Positions 22,315 to 34,179 of a stretch of 64,000 bases of DNA are shown one piece after another (positions within the stretch are counted from its first letter, which is position 1; every line of letters starts with the position of its first letter). The notes beneath the pieces were generated by a model. That model made no database searches. It worked only from the letters and a program-made list of their open reading frames with translations, and was not told the origin of the DNA. The translations under genes and the position numbers were made by a program. The stretch spans positions 726 through 64,725 of the forward strand of contig CAZUJE010000001.1 in the NCBI GenBank assembly GCA_964620215.1, in the 5' to 3' direction. This DNA is from an uncultured Hyphomicrobiales bacterium. GTDB lineage: Bacteria > Pseudomonadota > Alphaproteobacteria > Rhizobiales > Xanthobacteraceae.

Positions 22315-23133
22315 TTAGCGGGTTTCGACGGGCAGGGAAACCGGCTTGGAAAGGGCAAGTTCCCGGCCTGAAAGCGCGTTCGCGGTCATACGGCGGACTG
22401 AGTCTTCGGCCGAGCGGGCAAGCAATTTGCGGTCGATTCCCCCGCTGATCTGCTGCTGCGGGCCGAATGTGACGATGACATCGATTACACCCGCGCGAAG
22501 CACATGGAGAAGATGCGCGATCATATCCATGTCGCCATACCAGGCAGCGTGCGCGCGGAATTGCCGTCCCATCGGCAAGCCCTGATACTTCGTGTAAGCG
22601 ACCGAAACGGGTTGCACAAAAGCGCGGCCGTTGTCGTCGAGCGCGGTGCGGATCGCGCCGATGAGGGCCGAGCGAAACGGCAGTATCCGGTTTCCGTCGT
22701 TCGACGTTCCTTCCCCGAACAATACGACCGGGTCGCCGTCGGAAAGATGCTTTGCAATCCTCTTGTTGATTTCGCCGGTCGAGTGGCGTTTGGCGCGGTC
22801 CACGAAAATGGAACGCTGCAACTTCGCCAACATGCCGAATACGGGCCAGCCCGCGATCTCAGCCTTGGCGATGAAGATGAGCGGAATAATCGAGCCGAGA
22901 ACGGGAATGTCCAGATACGTGGAGTGATTCGATATGAGGAGTAATGGGCGGTCCATGACAGGCGAGCCGTGTACGATTACGCGGATGCCGATAACGCACA
23001 GCACGATGCGGTGAAACGCGCGCGGCAGGCTTTTTCGATATGGCAAACGGAGCTTCAGCCCGACCCACTGAACCGGAATCGCGATCAGCGCGACCGCAGC
23101 GATCACGGTGATAACGAATGCAGTTCGGATCAT
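22315..23133 (-). CDS. lysophospholipid (1-acyl-sn-glycerol-3-phosphate) acyltransferase family protein
   Basis: 272-aa ORF with an N-terminal TM helix, the acyltransferase HX4D-type block SNHSTYLD, and FGEGTS. Confidence 0.83.
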   Translation of the reverse strand: MIRTAFVITVIAAVALIAIPVQWVGLKLRLPYRKSLPRAFHRIVLCVIGIRVIVHGSPVMDRPLLLISNHSTYLDIPVLGSIIPLIFIAKAEIAGWPVFGMLAKLQRSIFVDRAKRHSTGEINKRIAKHLSDGDPVVLFGEGTSNDGNRILPFRSALIGAIRTALDDNGRAFVQPVSVAYTKYQGLPMGRQFRAHAAWYGDMDMIAHLLHVLRAGVIDVIVTFGPQQQISGGIDRKLLARSAEDSVRRMTANALSGRELALSKPVSLPVETR

Positions 23134-23139
23134 GAAGGT

Positions 23140-23571
23140 TCAGGATTTTTTGTCGTCAAGCGGTACTGCGTAAAGTTCGAGCCGGTGATTGACCAGCTTG
23201 TAGCCGAGCTTGCGCGCGACCGCCTCCTGCAATCGCTCGATTTCTTCCGAGCGGAATTCGGTCACTTCGCCGGTGCGCAGATTAATCAAGTGGTCGTGAT
23301 GTTTTTCCGGCACTTGCTCATAGCGCGAACGCCCCTCGCGAAAGTCGTGGCGCTCGATGATGCCGGCATCTTCCAGCAAGCGAACGGTTCGGTAGACCGT
23401 CGAAATCGAAATCTCCTCGTCGATCTTGACCGCACGGCGGTACAACTCTTCCACATCGGGGTGATCGTGCGCGTCACCCAGCACGCGCGCGATGATGCGA
23501 CGCTGCTCGGTCATGCGCATGCCCTTGGCGATGCACGCGGCTTCAATTGCTGTAGGTTTATCGACGGCCAA
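23140..23571 (-). CDS. fur: Fur-family metalloregulator
   Basis: 143-aa ORF with GMRMTEQRRIIARVL...VEELYRRA...ISISTVYRTVRLLEDAGII and the HHDHLI metal site. Confidence 0.9.
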   Translation of the reverse strand: MAVDKPTAIEAACIAKGMRMTEQRRIIARVLGDAHDHPDVEELYRRAVKIDEEISISTVYRTVRLLEDAGIIERHDFREGRSRYEQVPEKHHDHLINLRTGEVTEFRSEEIERLQEAVARKLGYKLVNHRLELYAVPLDDKKS

Positions 23572-23631
23572 TTTATGATTCCTGTAATGGCGCGATTTTA
23601 CGGACGATGATCTGCCGCGTCCACTGTCCGG

Positions 23632-24123
23632 TTAAATCAGGTCGCGCCGCATAGTGAGTGCTGCGGCATTTCCTTCGGGACGCCTGTAATAACCGTCACG
23701 CCTGCCCACTTCCTGAAACCCGGTGCGGGCATAGAGTTTTCTGGCGGCCGTGTTCTTTTCGTCGACTTCAAGGAATAGCTTGCGTACGCCCAGGGAGGCG
23801 AGCCGTCCCATATGCCTTGCAAGCAGCCTCTCGGCGATACCTTTACCCCGTGCATGGGAGACGACGGCAATCGTCAGGATTTCCGCCTCGTCCAAAACCG
23901 AATGCGACAGAACAAAAGCGACAACGGGCCCGGAGCCGCCATGCAGTCTGGCAACATGGCCGAGTGTTGTTTTATCCGATAGCAGCCGTTCGACTTCGGC
24001 TTCGCTCCAGCCATGCAGGAATGAGAGCGAATGCACCGAGGCGATGGCGGACGCATCGTCAGGCCGCGCCTCTAAAATCGCCGGCTCGACCCTGCCAAAC
24101 AGTTTATTGAGCAGGGCAATCAT
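23632..24123 (-). CDS. rimI: ribosomal-protein-alanine N-acetyltransferase (GNAT)
   Basis: 163-aa GNAT ORF (ARGKGIAERLL, ARKLYARTGF), overlapping the tsaB stop by 4 nt as in many genomes. Confidence 0.83.
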   Translation of the reverse strand: MIALLNKLFGRVEPAILEARPDDASAIASVHSLSFLHGWSEAEVERLLSDKTTLGHVARLHGGSGPVVAFVLSHSVLDEAEILTIAVVSHARGKGIAERLLARHMGRLASLGVRKLFLEVDEKNTAARKLYARTGFQEVGRRDGYYRRPEGNAAALTMRRDLI

Positions 24124-24920
24124 TTGTGAGGCAGGCGGCTCGCGGCCTGCGGCTGCGCGTCCGGAGCCTTCAGATAAAGCGGGCGCGGCTTGGCGGTTTC
24201 AGGGTTCGCGGTGGAACCGAGCCGCGCGACCCAGACGATGTCCGGTGCGGGACGCGGATCGACAAGCGCGGGCGCTTGAATCCCGGATGGCCAGCGGTTG
24301 GCTAAAAGATTTGCGCCGGGGCCGACTAGCCGCACGGGACCGGTCGCCACAAAGCGGATCGCATCTTCCAGACTGCCGATGCGAGGGGACACGAGCATTC
24401 TTCCGCCGGCGCCGATCATCTGGAAATAGATATTTCCGTGTAGCGCATCGATGGCGGCGACAACCGGGATCGTGTCTTTCGTTGTGAGGTAAGGTGCCGA
24501 GAAAGCCGCCAGAGTCGAAACGCCAACTGCGGGTTTATGGCAGGCGAGGGCAAGACCGCGCGCCGCTGAAATCCCGACGCGCAGGCCGGTGAAGCTTCCG
24601 GGGCCGGTCGTGGTCACGATGCGGCTCAGGGAATCGAAGGCCGTTTCCGCCTCGAGCATCGCCCGCTCGATCATCGGCATCAGCGCTTCGGCATGCCCGC
24701 GGGCAAGCTCGATGGAATTTACCGCGATCGGTTGATCCTGATCCTGATCGAACACCGCGACTGAGCACGCGCCAAGTGCTGTATCGACGGCGAGGAGCCG
24801 GCGCGAGATTTTTTCCGGCGCGGGTTGAGGGGATGGCGCGGATAGCGACGCGCCGTCCGGTTGTGCCATATCGGACGGCGTATTTTCGTTATTCTCTGTG
24901 ATGGTTTCGGACGGCGGCAA
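24120..24920 (-). CDS. tsaB: tRNA threonylcarbamoyladenosine biosynthesis protein TsaB
   Basis: The core LLAVDTALGACSVAV...GPGSFTGLRVGISAARGLA is family-typical. The ~35-aa Pro/Ser-rich N-terminal extension may not be translated (alternative ATG at 24872). Confidence 0.83.
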   Translation of the reverse strand: MPPSETITENNENTPSDMAQPDGASLSAPSPQPAPEKISRRLLAVDTALGACSVAVFDQDQDQPIAVNSIELARGHAEALMPMIERAMLEAETAFDSLSRIVTTTGPGSFTGLRVGISAARGLALACHKPAVGVSTLAAFSAPYLTTKDTIPVVAAIDALHGNIYFQMIGAGGRMLVSPRIGSLEDAIRFVATGPVRLVGPGANLLANRWPSGIQAPALVDPRPAPDIVWVARLGSTANPETAKPRPLYLKAPDAQPQAASRLPHK

Positions 24921-24969
24921 TTATCCCTGCCCAGCCCATGTCCCTTGGTTGAGCCGCGTCAGGCAACCA

Positions 24970-25533
24970 TCAGACCGGGCGAACTTCAACGACGTCTGGA
25001 ACGAAATGGCGCAATAGATTTTCAATGCCGTTCTTCAAGGTCGCGGTGGAAGACGGGCAGCCCGCGCAGGAGCCTTTCATGTTCAGATAGACGACGCCGT
25101 CGCGGAATCCGCGAAAGGTTATGTCGCCGCCGTCATAGGCGACCGCCGGACGCACGCGCGTCTCCAGCAGCTCCTTGATGGTCTTGACCGTACCCGCGTC
25201 TTTTTCCTCGAAGAATTCGTCGTCGGCATCGGTCTTCATCGGCCCGGCGTCTGTCCGCACCAACGGCTCGTTGGAGAGAAAGTGTTCCATGATCGCGCCG
25301 AGGATCGCGGGCTTCAGATGCGCCCATTCGCCGGTGTTCTTGGTGACAGTGATGAAATCCTGTCCGAAGAACACGCCGCTTACGCCATCCACCGCGAACA
25401 GGCGTTGCGCAAGCGGAGACTGTTCCGCCCCGCGCGCATCGCGCAGATCGAGCGTGCCCTTATCCATGACGGTGCGGCCTGGCAGGAATTTGAGCGTGGC
25501 CGGATTTGGCGTGGTTTCGGTCTGAATGAACAT
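24970..25533 (-). CDS. NifU/Nfu-type Fe-S cluster assembly protein
   Basis: 187-aa ORF. It has an Nfu_N domain (MFIQTETTPNPATLKFLPG) plus a C-terminal NifU domain with GSCAGCPSS. Confidence 0.9.
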   Translation of the reverse strand: MFIQTETTPNPATLKFLPGRTVMDKGTLDLRDARGAEQSPLAQRLFAVDGVSGVFFGQDFITVTKNTGEWAHLKPAILGAIMEHFLSNEPLVRTDAGPMKTDADDEFFEEKDAGTVKTIKELLETRVRPAVAYDGGDITFRGFRDGVVYLNMKGSCAGCPSSTATLKNGIENLLRHFVPDVVEVRPV

Positions 25534-25633
25534 CTGCTTTCCCTTTCGGGGCGCACGAAGCGACGCGGTAACGAATATCGGTACTTATTTAGGGCTTCCG
25601 GACGGGTTCCGGAAGGGGCTCCGGCCAACAGCC

Positions 25634-26131
25634 TCAAGCAATCGCGTCGAGGTCTTCATCCTTGAGGTTTCCGGGCACAATCGTGATGGGAACGGGAAAC
25701 GTGCCGGAACCCACACCCGCCAGCGAGCTGACGAGCGGACCCGGACCCTCCGCACTGGTGCCGGCCGCCAGCACCAGAATGCCGACATCCTCGTCTTCCT
25801 CAATGTATTTGACGACTTCCTCGGCTTTCACGCCCTGGCGCAATACGCGCTCAGGATCGACGCCGGCCAGATTGCGCGCCCGTGCGGCATAGTGATCGAG
25901 GCGGCCGTCGGCCTCTTCGCGGGCTTCTTCAAGCATCAGATCGCCGACGCCCAGCCATTGCTGGTTGACGTCGCCGACGGAAACGACCGCGAGCATCACG
26001 AGCTTGCCGCCGGTGCGCGCGGCGCGGCGGCTCGCGTAATAGACGGCGCGGTCACATTCCGGCGTCTCGTCAATGATGACGAGAAATTTCCGGTGATGGC
26101 CGGGTTCGTAGCTTTTTCGTTTAATGCTCAT
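25634..26131 (-). CDS. universal stress protein family protein
   Basis: 165-aa ORF with USP-like blocks (FLVIIDETPECDRAVYYA, LVLAAGTS, PVPITIVP). Confidence 0.8.
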   Translation of the reverse strand: MSIKRKSYEPGHHRKFLVIIDETPECDRAVYYASRRAARTGGKLVMLAVVSVGDVNQQWLGVGDLMLEEAREEADGRLDHYAARARNLAGVDPERVLRQGVKAEEVVKYIEEDEDVGILVLAAGTSAEGPGPLVSSLAGVGSGTFPVPITIVPGNLKDEDLDAIA

Positions 26132-26198
26132 TCATTCTCCGCCGCGCGTTCATGCTGCCATGCGAAGGCACGCAATCACAAGCACACTTACGTTGCGT

Positions 26199-27236
26199 TC
26201 AGGAATGGACCAAACCGACGATGTCTTTAACCGATTTCAGGATGGGGGTCGCGATGGCGCGGGCGCGGGCTGAACCATCGGCCAGCACGGAATCGATATA
26301 TTTTGTGTCTTGCACGAGCCGTTTCATTTCCGCGCCGATGGGTCCGAGTTTCTCGACGGATAACGCGGTCAGGTCTTCCTTGAATTTGGAGAACTGCGCT
26401 CCCGCGAACTGGTTGAGCACGTCAGCCTTCGTCTTGTTGGCGAGCGCGGCATAGATGCCAACAAGATTGTCGGCTTCCGCGCGTGCCTCAAGCGCCTTCT
26501 CGTCGGAAGGCAGCGGTTCTGAGTCGGTGCGGGCCTTGCGGATTTTCTGCGCAATTTCGTCAGCGACGTCCGTCAGATTGATGCGCGAATAATCGGACGC
26601 ATCCGATTTCGACATTTTCTTCGTGCCGTCGCGCAGCGACATTACGCGCGTGGCTGGACCGGAGATCAGTGGCTCCGTCAGCGGGAAGAAAGCGTCGCCA
26701 TGGCCGAGCGCCTTGATGCGTTCGGCAAAATCGTTGTTGAATTTCTGCGCGATGTCGCGCGCGAGTTCGAGATGCTGCTTCTGGTCTTCGCCCACCGGAA
26801 CATGCGTCGCCCTATACGCTAGAATATCGGCGGCCATCAGAACCGGATACGCATAAAGACCGATTGACGCGTTCTCGCGATCCTTGCCGGCCTTCTCCTT
26901 GAACTGCGTCATGCGGTTCAGCCAGCCGATGCGGGCGATGCAATTGAAAATCCAGGCAAGCTCGGCGTGCTCCTGCACCTGCGACTGGTTGAAAATGATG
27001 TGTTTTTTCGGGTCGATGCCGCAGGCGATGAAGGCCGCCGTCACTTCGCGGATGTTATGGGTGAGTTCGGCGGGGTCTTGCGCGACCGTGATGGCATGCA
27101 GGTCCACGACGCAATAAATGCATTCGTATTTCTGCTGTAGCTCGACGAAGCGCTTGATCGCACCAAGATAGTTGCCGAGGTGCAAGTTGCCGGTCGGCTG
27201 CACCCCTGAAAATACCCGTTCCTTGAACCCGGCCAT
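26199..27236 (-). CDS. trpS: tryptophan--tRNA ligase
   Basis: 345-aa ORF with the HIGH-type motif [10 protein letters not shown] and KMSKS. Confidence 0.96.
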   Translation of the reverse strand: MAGFKERVFSGVQPTGNLHLGNYLGAIKRFVELQQKYECIYCVVDLHAITVAQDPAELTHNIREVTAAFIACGIDPKKHIIFNQSQVQEHAELAWIFNCIARIGWLNRMTQFKEKAGKDRENASIGLYAYPVLMAADILAYRATHVPVGEDQKQHLELARDIAQKFNNDFAERIKALGHGDAFFPLTEPLISGPATRVMSLRDGTKKMSKSDASDYSRINLTDVADEIAQKIRKARTDSEPLPSDEKALEARAEADNLVGIYAALANKTKADVLNQFAGAQFSKFKEDLTALSVEKLGPIGAEMKRLVQDTKYIDSVLADGSARARAIATPILKSVKDIVGLVHS

Positions 27237-27352
27237 CGAAGACTTCCCTGCTTGCGCGCAGGGTCATGCCATGCGCGCGTCAGCCGCTCAAGCGCAACAT
27301 TGCGGCGAGGCCGGTGCTTTGCTAGTCCGGCGCGTCTCGCTCGGAGGGGAAA

Positions 27353-28354
27353 ATGGCCGCCGCCAAGTACGATGTATTGGGAATCGGGAATGCGATCGTG
27401 GACGTGCTCGCGCGCACGGAGGACGATTTTCTCGTCAGCCAGAAAATGGCGAAAGGCTCAATGTCCCTGATCGACGGGCCGCGCGCCAAGTCGATCTATG
27501 AGGCAATGGGACCGGCCACGGAAATCTCCGGCGGCTCGGCGGCCAATACCATCGTGGGTGTCGCCTCCTTCGGCGGACGGGCGGCTTTCGTCGGCAAGGT
27601 GAAGGACGATCAGCTGGGCAAGGTTTTCATTCACGACATCCGTGCGGCGGGCGTGAGTTTCACGACACCGCCTGCGAAAGATGGACCATCTACCGCTTGC
27701 TGCTATGTGCTGGTGACGCCGGACGGCGAGCGCACGATGAATACGTATCTGGGTGCCGCGCAGAATCTCACGCCGCAGGATGTGAACGAGGATGAAGTCG
27801 CGGCAGCCGCGATCACCTATCTCGAAGGATATTTGTGGGACCCGACTGACGCCAAGGAAGCCTTCCGCAAGGCTGCGAAGATCGCGCATGGCGCGGGGCG
27901 GCAGGTCGCGCTCACACTGTCGGATGCTTTCTGTGTAGGACGTTACCGCGCGGAATTTCTCGATCTCATCAGAACGAAAACCGTCGATCTCGTTTTCGCG
28001 AACGAAGGCGAATTGAAGAGTCTCTACGAGACGAGCGATTTTGATACAGCACTTTCCGAAATAAAAAAGGACGCGAAGCTCGCTATCGTAACCCGCAGCG
28101 AAAAGGGCGCGGTGATTGCTTCCGCCGGGAATACGGAAACCGTGCCGGCATTTCCGATCGCGAAAGTGGTGGACGCTACGGGCGCCGGCGATCTCTTCGC
28201 GGCCGGTTTCCTGCACGGGTTCGCAAAAGGATTTCCGCACGCGGATTCGGCGAAGCTCGGCGCGCTCGCCGCGGCCGAAGTGATTTCTCACATCGGCGCG
28301 CGGCCCGAGCGCAAACTCACGGAGCTTGTCCGCGAGAAGGGTTTGAAAGTCTGA
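27353..28354 (+). CDS. PfkB-family adenosine kinase
   Basis: 333-aa ORF with YDVLGIGNAIVD, GGSAANT and DATGAGDLFAAGFLHG. Confidence 0.85.
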   Translation: MAAAKYDVLGIGNAIVDVLARTEDDFLVSQKMAKGSMSLIDGPRAKSIYEAMGPATEISGGSAANTIVGVASFGGRAAFVGKVKDDQLGKVFIHDIRAAGVSFTTPPAKDGPSTACCYVLVTPDGERTMNTYLGAAQNLTPQDVNEDEVAAAAITYLEGYLWDPTDAKEAFRKAAKIAHGAGRQVALTLSDAFCVGRYRAEFLDLIRTKTVDLVFANEGELKSLYETSDFDTALSEIKKDAKLAIVTRSEKGAVIASAGNTETVPAFPIAKVVDATGAGDLFAAGFLHGFAKGFPHADSAKLGALAAAEVISHIGARPERKLTELVREKGLKV

Positions 28355-30658
28355 TCAGCCCGAAATGTTGAACGCGGCAAGCGCCGCCATGTTCACCAGA
28401 TCGGAATCTTTCGCGCCGAGTTGGACGATCTGCACCGGCTTGTCCAAGCCGACGAGCAGCGGGCCAATCACGGTGGCGCCGCCAAGTTCCTGCAACATCT
28501 TTGTGGAGATTGCCGCGGAATGGAACGCGGGCATGATCAGCACATTGGCGGGGCCTGAAAGACGGCTGAACGGATAGGCGGCGGCGAGATCGCGATTGAG
28601 CGCAACCTCGGCGCTCATTTCACCGTCCACCTCGAAGTCCACGCGGCGCTCGTGAAGAATCTTCACCGCTTCTTTCACGCGAATGCTGCGCTCACCCGGC
28701 GGATGGCCGAATGTGGAGAAGGCGAGCATCGCCACCCGCGGTTCATAACCAAGACGGCGTGCCACACCCGCAGCTTCAATGGCGATTTCGACAAGTTCGT
28801 TTGCTTCCGGCATTTCGGTGACGGCGGTATCGGCGACGATTACCGTTCGCCCGCGCGCGAGCACGAGCGAAATACCCATCACGCGGTGACCGGGCTTGCT
28901 ATCAATTACGTGGCGGATGTCTTCGAGCACTACCGTGTAATTGCGCGTGACGCCGGAAACCATCGCATCGGCGTCGCCGAGCGCGACCATGCAGGCGGCG
29001 AAATGATTGCGGTCGTTGTTCACGAGCCGCTGGCAATCGCGGAACAGAAAACCTTTGCGTTGAAGGCGTTCGTACAGGTAGTTGGCGTAGTCGATATTGC
29101 GCTTCGATAGTGCGGCGTTGTGAATCTCGATTGAATCAGTCAGTTCAATATTGGCGTTTACGGCGGCTTCGCGGATGCGGTCTTCGCGCCCGACAAGAAC
29201 AGCGGTGCCGAGCTTTTGATTGGCGAAGGTGGAAGCGGCGCGGATCACCTGTTCCTCTTCGCCTTCCGCGAAGACGATACGCTTCGGCTGACGCCGTACG
29301 CGCTCATAAACGCGCGCAAGCACGCCCGCGACAGGGTCAAGCCGCGAGCGGAGCTGATGCTTGTATGCATCCATGTCCACGATCGGTTTGCGGGCGACGC
29401 CGGTATCCATTGCGGCTTTCGCCACTGCGGGCGGAACGGCATAAATCAGGCGCGGATCAAATGGCACCGGGATGATGTAGTCCGGGCCGTATTTCGGACG
29501 TGCGCCGTAAGCGGCGGCAACTTCGTCCGGCACATCCTCGCGGGCAAGATCGGCCAATGCCTTCGCCGCTGCGATCTTCATTTCCATGTTGATCGTGGTC
29601 GCGCGCACATCGAGCGCGCCACGGAAGATATACGGGAAGCCCAGAACGTTGTTGATCTGGTTCGGATAGTCCGAACGGCCGGTCGCCATGATGGCGTCGT
29701 CGCGGATTGTCGCAACTTCCTCCACCGTGATTTCCGGATCAGGGTTCGCCATCGCGAAGATGATCGGGTTCGCCGCCATCGACTTGACCATCTCTGCGGT
29801 GAAGGCGCCTTTCTGCGAGAGTCCGAAGGCAATGTCGCAGCCCTCGAAGGCATCCGCGAGCGTGCGCGCTTTCGTATCAATCGCGTGCGCTGACTTCCAC
29901 TGGTTCATGCCTTCTTTGCGGCCCTGATAAATGACGCCCTTGGTGTCCACGAGCGTCACGTTTTTCGGATTGAGGCCAAGTGATTTCAGCAATTCGACGC
30001 AGGCGATGCCGGATGCGCCGGCGCCGTTCACCACGAGTTTTGTAGTGCGCATGTCGCGGCCGGTTAAGTCGAGCGCGTTGATGACGCCGGCGGCGGCGAT
30101 GATCGCCGTGCCATGCTGGTCGTCGTGGAAAACGGGAATGTCGAGCAGCTCACGCAGCCGCTGTTCGATGATGAAGCATTCGGGAGCTTTGATGTCTTCG
30201 AGATTGATGCCGCCGAAGGTGAGTCCGAGATAGCGCACGCAATTGATGAACTCGTCCGGGTCTTCGGTGCCGACTTCAAGATCGAATGCGTCGATGTCGG
30301 CGAAGCGCTTGAACAGCACCGCCTTGCCTTCCATCACCGGCTTTGCGGCCAGCGCGCCGCGATTGCCAAGACCGAGAATGGCGGTGCCGTTGGTAATGAC
30401 GCCAACGAGATTGCCTTTCGCCGTGTAGTCGAACGCCTTGCTCGGGTCTTCCGCGATCGCCAGCACCGGCACGGCTACGCCGGGCGAATAGGCGAGCGAA
30501 AGATCGCGCTGGGTGGCCATCGGCTTCGTGGCCATGATCTCCAGCTTGCCGGGGCGGCCACGGCTGTGAAATTCGAGCGCTTCCTGATCCGTGAAATGCG
30601 GGCGTTCGGGGCGGCTTTTCGCGGCCGGCTTGCGGCTTTTCTTGTTCTCGGCGTCCAT
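28355..30658 (-). CDS. maeB: NADP-dependent malic enzyme with C-terminal phosphotransacetylase-like domain
   Basis: 767-aa ORF with [19 protein letters not shown]-type [10 protein letters not shown] and GAGASGIA, plus a PTA-like C-terminal half. Confidence 0.95.
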   Translation of the reverse strand: MDAENKKSRKPAAKSRPERPHFTDQEALEFHSRGRPGKLEIMATKPMATQRDLSLAYSPGVAVPVLAIAEDPSKAFDYTAKGNLVGVITNGTAILGLGNRGALAAKPVMEGKAVLFKRFADIDAFDLEVGTEDPDEFINCVRYLGLTFGGINLEDIKAPECFIIEQRLRELLDIPVFHDDQHGTAIIAAAGVINALDLTGRDMRTTKLVVNGAGASGIACVELLKSLGLNPKNVTLVDTKGVIYQGRKEGMNQWKSAHAIDTKARTLADAFEGCDIAFGLSQKGAFTAEMVKSMAANPIIFAMANPDPEITVEEVATIRDDAIMATGRSDYPNQINNVLGFPYIFRGALDVRATTINMEMKIAAAKALADLAREDVPDEVAAAYGARPKYGPDYIIPVPFDPRLIYAVPPAVAKAAMDTGVARKPIVDMDAYKHQLRSRLDPVAGVLARVYERVRRQPKRIVFAEGEEEQVIRAASTFANQKLGTAVLVGREDRIREAAVNANIELTDSIEIHNAALSKRNIDYANYLYERLQRKGFLFRDCQRLVNNDRNHFAACMVALGDADAMVSGVTRNYTVVLEDIRHVIDSKPGHRVMGISLVLARGRTVIVADTAVTEMPEANELVEIAIEAAGVARRLGYEPRVAMLAFSTFGHPPGERSIRVKEAVKILHERRVDFEVDGEMSAEVALNRDLAAAYPFSRLSGPANVLIMPAFHSAAISTKMLQELGGATVIGPLLVGLDKPVQIVQLGAKDSDLVNMAALAAFNISG

Positions 30659-30793
30659 CTGGAATTCCTACACTGCCGCAACGGCGGCTTTCACTTAGAC
30701 GTTAGCCGAGCAAGCTCTGTATTCACAAGGACTTCGCCAAGATCGTCCTGGATACGCTGATCGGCGGGCCGGTATCTGCTAGCGTGCGGCACC

Positions 30794-33502
30794 ATGCACG
30801 GCGAGCAAAAAAATGCGGCAGCGGAGAATGGCGGACAGGATTCGCCGATAACGGCCACTCGCGTCACGCCGATGATGGAGCAGTATATCGAGATCAAAGC
30901 CGCCAATCCCGGCAGCCTCCTGTTCTACCGGATGGGCGACTTTTACGAGCTGTTTTTCAACGATGCCGAAATCGCCTCACGCGCGCTCGGAATCGTGCTC
31001 ACCAAGCGCGGCAAGCATCTCGATCAGGACATTCCGATGTGCGGCGTGCCGGTGGAACGCGCGGATGAATACCTCCACCGGCTGATCGCGCTGGGGCATC
31101 GCGTCGCTGTTTGCGAGCAGCTTGAGGATCCCACCGAGGCGAAGAAGCGCGGACCGAAGTCCGTCGTGAAGCGCGATGTTGTTCGCCTCGTCACGCCCGG
31201 CACGCTCACTGAAGACACGCTGCTGAACGCCCGGCGCAACAATTGGCTGCTCGCGGTTGCGCGTGCGCGGACGTCAAGCGATGCGGAAGCTGTCTTTGGA
31301 TTGGCTTGGGTCGATATTTCCACCGGCGAATTTCATGTCGCGGAGCGCGAGGTGTCTCAGCTTTCCGCCGAGATTGCGCGGCTGGAGCCGGGGGAAATTA
31401 TTGTCGCGGACCTGCTGTACGACGATCCGGAATTTCGCGCCTATTGGCGCTCGCTTCCGGCGGTGACACCGGTCGCGAAAGATGTGTTCGACGGAACGAC
31501 GGCTGAACGCAGATTGACTTCGTTCTTCGCCGTCGCCTCCAGTGAAGCCTTCGGGCAGTTCAGCCGGCCTGAACTCATCGCGGCGGCCGCGATCACCACT
31601 TACATCGAACGCACGCAAATCGGAAAGCGGCCAGCGCTTGTGTCGCCCTCGCGCGAAGAAGCGAATGCGGTTCTTTCCATCGACGCCGCTACCCGCGCCA
31701 ATCTCGAGCTTGTCCGCACGCTAGGCGGGGAAACGAAAGGCAGTCTGCTGTCGGTCATCGACCGCACAGTCACTTCGGTCGGAGCGCGGTTGCTTGCTTC
31801 AAGACTTGCAAGTCCTTCTACCGATCCGGATGTCATCAAGAACTGGCTCGATGCGGTTGCACATTTTATTGAAAATACAAAACTGAAGGCAGATGTACAC
31901 GCGTTGATGCGGGTAGCACCCGATCTCTCTCGCTCTTTGGCGCGTTTATCCCTGGGCCGCGGTGGCCCGCGCGATCTCGCGGCAATCCGGGATTCTCTCG
32001 ACGCGGCGTCGGCGCTCTCTAAGCTTTTAAAATCCGGTCCATCGGAAATCGCTTCCGCCGCCAAGGCGCTGGCAGCACCAAAACCCGAATTGCAGAAACT
32101 TTTGCTCACAGCACTCGCCGACGAGCTTCCCTTGCAGAAAGCCGATGGCGGTTTCGTGCGTGCCGGATACGACGACAATCTCGATGGTCTTCGCAAGCTG
32201 CGCGATGACTCAAGACAAGTGATCGCCGGACTTCAGTCACGTTATGCGGATGAAACCGCGATAAAAGCGCTGAAGATCAATCACAACAATGTGCTTGGGT
32301 ATTTTCTGGAAGTCTCCTCGCAACACGGTGAAAAACTGATGTCTGCGCCATGGCGGGAGAAATTCATCCACCGCCAGACGCTGGCGGGCGTGATGCGGTT
32401 TTCTTCCACGGAACTTGGCGAGATCGAAGATCGCATTGTCAGCGCCGCGGACAAAGCGCTGGCACTTGAGCTTTCGATCTTCGAGCAACTGAGTGCGGAA
32501 ATTCTGAAGGTTTCAAAAACGCTCGAAGCCGTCGCCGCCGCGCTGGCGCGGATCGATGTGGCGGCGGCACTTGCTGAGCTGGCCGAAAGCGAAAACTGGG
32601 TACGCCCGCAGATTGACCATTCACTGAATTTCAAGATCGAAGGTGGACGCCATCCCGTCGTTGAGGATGCATTGCGGCTCGATGGCGGGCCGTTTGTTCC
32701 AAACGATTGCGATCTGTCGCCGCCTTCAAATGAGAAAACCGGCCGCATCTGGCTCGTCACCGGCCCGAACATGGCGGGCAAATCCACCTTCCTCCGGCAG
32801 AACGCGCTGATCGTTATTCTCGCGCAGATGGGAAGCTATGTGCCGGCGAAGCAGGCACATATCGGCGTCGTTGACCGGCTGTTTTCGCGCGTCGGTGCCG
32901 CCGACGATCTCGCACGGGGGCGGTCGACCTTCATGGTTGAGATGGTCGAGACGGCCGCGATTCTGAATCAGGCCAAGGAACGTGCGCTCGTAATTTTGGA
33001 CGAGATTGGACGCGGCACGGCGACCTTCGATGGTCTTTCGATTGCCTGGGCGAGCCTGGAGCATCTGCATGAAGTAAATCGCTGCCGTACCTTGTTCGCG
33101 ACGCACTTTCACGAACTAACGGCGCTTTCCGCGAAACTGAAACGGCTCCTGAACGCCACCGTGCGCGTGAAGGAATTTCAGAACGACGTGGTCTTTTTGC
33201 ATGAAGTCGCGCCGGGCGTCGCTGACCGTTCTTACGGTGTGCAAGTGGCAAAGCTCGCGGGTTTGCCCGCGGCGGTCGTCGAACGGGCGCGGATTGTGCT
33301 CGGCGAGCTTGAAGCCTCGGATCGCACATCGCCTTCGAAAAAAATGATCGACGATCTGCCGCTATTCTCAAGCGCGCGAAATGCCGAGCCCAAAACCGAT
33401 CCGCTCGGCGACGCGCTCAGGAAGATCGACCCGGATGCGCTCACGCCGAAAGAGGCGCTGGAAGCGCTTTATCAACTCAAAGGGCTGGGGAAGAAAAAAT
33501 AA
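30794..33502 (+). CDS. mutS: DNA mismatch repair protein MutS
   Basis: 902-aa ORF with [30 protein letters not shown] and Walker [10 protein letters not shown]. Confidence 0.97.
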   Translation: MHGEQKNAAAENGGQDSPITATRVTPMMEQYIEIKAANPGSLLFYRMGDFYELFFNDAEIASRALGIVLTKRGKHLDQDIPMCGVPVERADEYLHRLIALGHRVAVCEQLEDPTEAKKRGPKSVVKRDVVRLVTPGTLTEDTLLNARRNNWLLAVARARTSSDAEAVFGLAWVDISTGEFHVAEREVSQLSAEIARLEPGEIIVADLLYDDPEFRAYWRSLPAVTPVAKDVFDGTTAERRLTSFFAVASSEAFGQFSRPELIAAAAITTYIERTQIGKRPALVSPSREEANAVLSIDAATRANLELVRTLGGETKGSLLSVIDRTVTSVGARLLASRLASPSTDPDVIKNWLDAVAHFIENTKLKADVHALMRVAPDLSRSLARLSLGRGGPRDLAAIRDSLDAASALSKLLKSGPSEIASAAKALAAPKPELQKLLLTALADELPLQKADGGFVRAGYDDNLDGLRKLRDDSRQVIAGLQSRYADETAIKALKINHNNVLGYFLEVSSQHGEKLMSAPWREKFIHRQTLAGVMRFSSTELGEIEDRIVSAADKALALELSIFEQLSAEILKVSKTLEAVAAALARIDVAAALAELAESENWVRPQIDHSLNFKIEGGRHPVVEDALRLDGGPFVPNDCDLSPPSNEKTGRIWLVTGPNMAGKSTFLRQNALIVILAQMGSYVPAKQAHIGVVDRLFSRVGAADDLARGRSTFMVEMVETAAILNQAKERALVILDEIGRGTATFDGLSIAWASLEHLHEVNRCRTLFATHFHELTALSAKLKRLLNATVRVKEFQNDVVFLHEVAPGVADRSYGVQVAKLAGLPAAVVERARIVLGELEASDRTSPSKKMIDDLPLFSSARNAEPKTDPLGDALRKIDPDALTPKEALEALYQLKGLGKKK

Positions 33503-34012
33503 TCAGGCCTTGCGGGTGACAACGGATTCCGTCGCGACGGAATTCCGCACCGTCTGCAATACGACGCAGTAACGCTCGGTCAGATTCAATAATTTGTCGA
33601 TCTGCTCTTGCGGCGCGTCAGTATCGAGCGTGAACTTCAGGCGAATCGAACGGAAGCCGACCGGTGCTTCCTTGTCCACGCCAAGCGTACCGCGAAAATC
33701 GAGATCGCCTTCGGCCTCGACCGCGCCGCCGCGCACTTCAATGCCGAGCGCCGTGGATACCGCGCGGACAGTAACCCCCGCGCAGGCGACCAGCGCCTCC
33801 AGCAGCATGTCGCCGGAACAAAGCTCGTGTCCCGAACCGCCGGTAGCCGGATGAAGTCCGGCAATGGCAATCGCGCGGCCGGTTTCAACTTTACATGCGA
33901 TGCCCTGATCGAGAGCACCTTTAGCCTTGAGCGTGATAAATGCCGCACCCGGCTCCTTGCGATAGCGGTCTTTTAGCGGTGCCTGCAATTCGCGAAGTTC
34001 GTCGGCTTTCAT
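33503..34012 (-). CDS. OsmC-family peroxiredoxin-like protein
   Basis: 169-aa ORF with an OsmC-like pattern (LLEALVACAGVT ... ERYCVV). Confidence 0.82.
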   Translation of the reverse strand: MKADELRELQAPLKDRYRKEPGAAFITLKAKGALDQGIACKVETGRAIAIAGLHPATGGSGHELCSGDMLLEALVACAGVTVRAVSTALGIEVRGGAVEAEGDLDFRGTLGVDKEAPVGFRSIRLKFTLDTDAPQEQIDKLLNLTERYCVVLQTVRNSVATESVVTRKA

Positions 34013-34179
34013 GGCTTTTCACCTGATAAAAATCACCGCATCTATATCCGCAAATAGACTCCGGGATAAAGATTGATCCGGACATAAGTTGCAATAATGC
34101 TCCGGATAATGTGGTTTTGCACGGTGCCAATGACTCCCGCGAATCTATCGGCTATGCGGATGCCGGCAGGAAATTCTTG

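Noticed and set aside
34057-34110. Three degenerate copies of a CCGGA(Y)A(W)AAG-like motif in the osmC-glnD divergent spacer, as a possible operator array.
   Set aside because: The copies differ from each other, the spacing (17 and 24 nt) is not helically phased, and the shared core is only ~6 nt. This is too weak to support.
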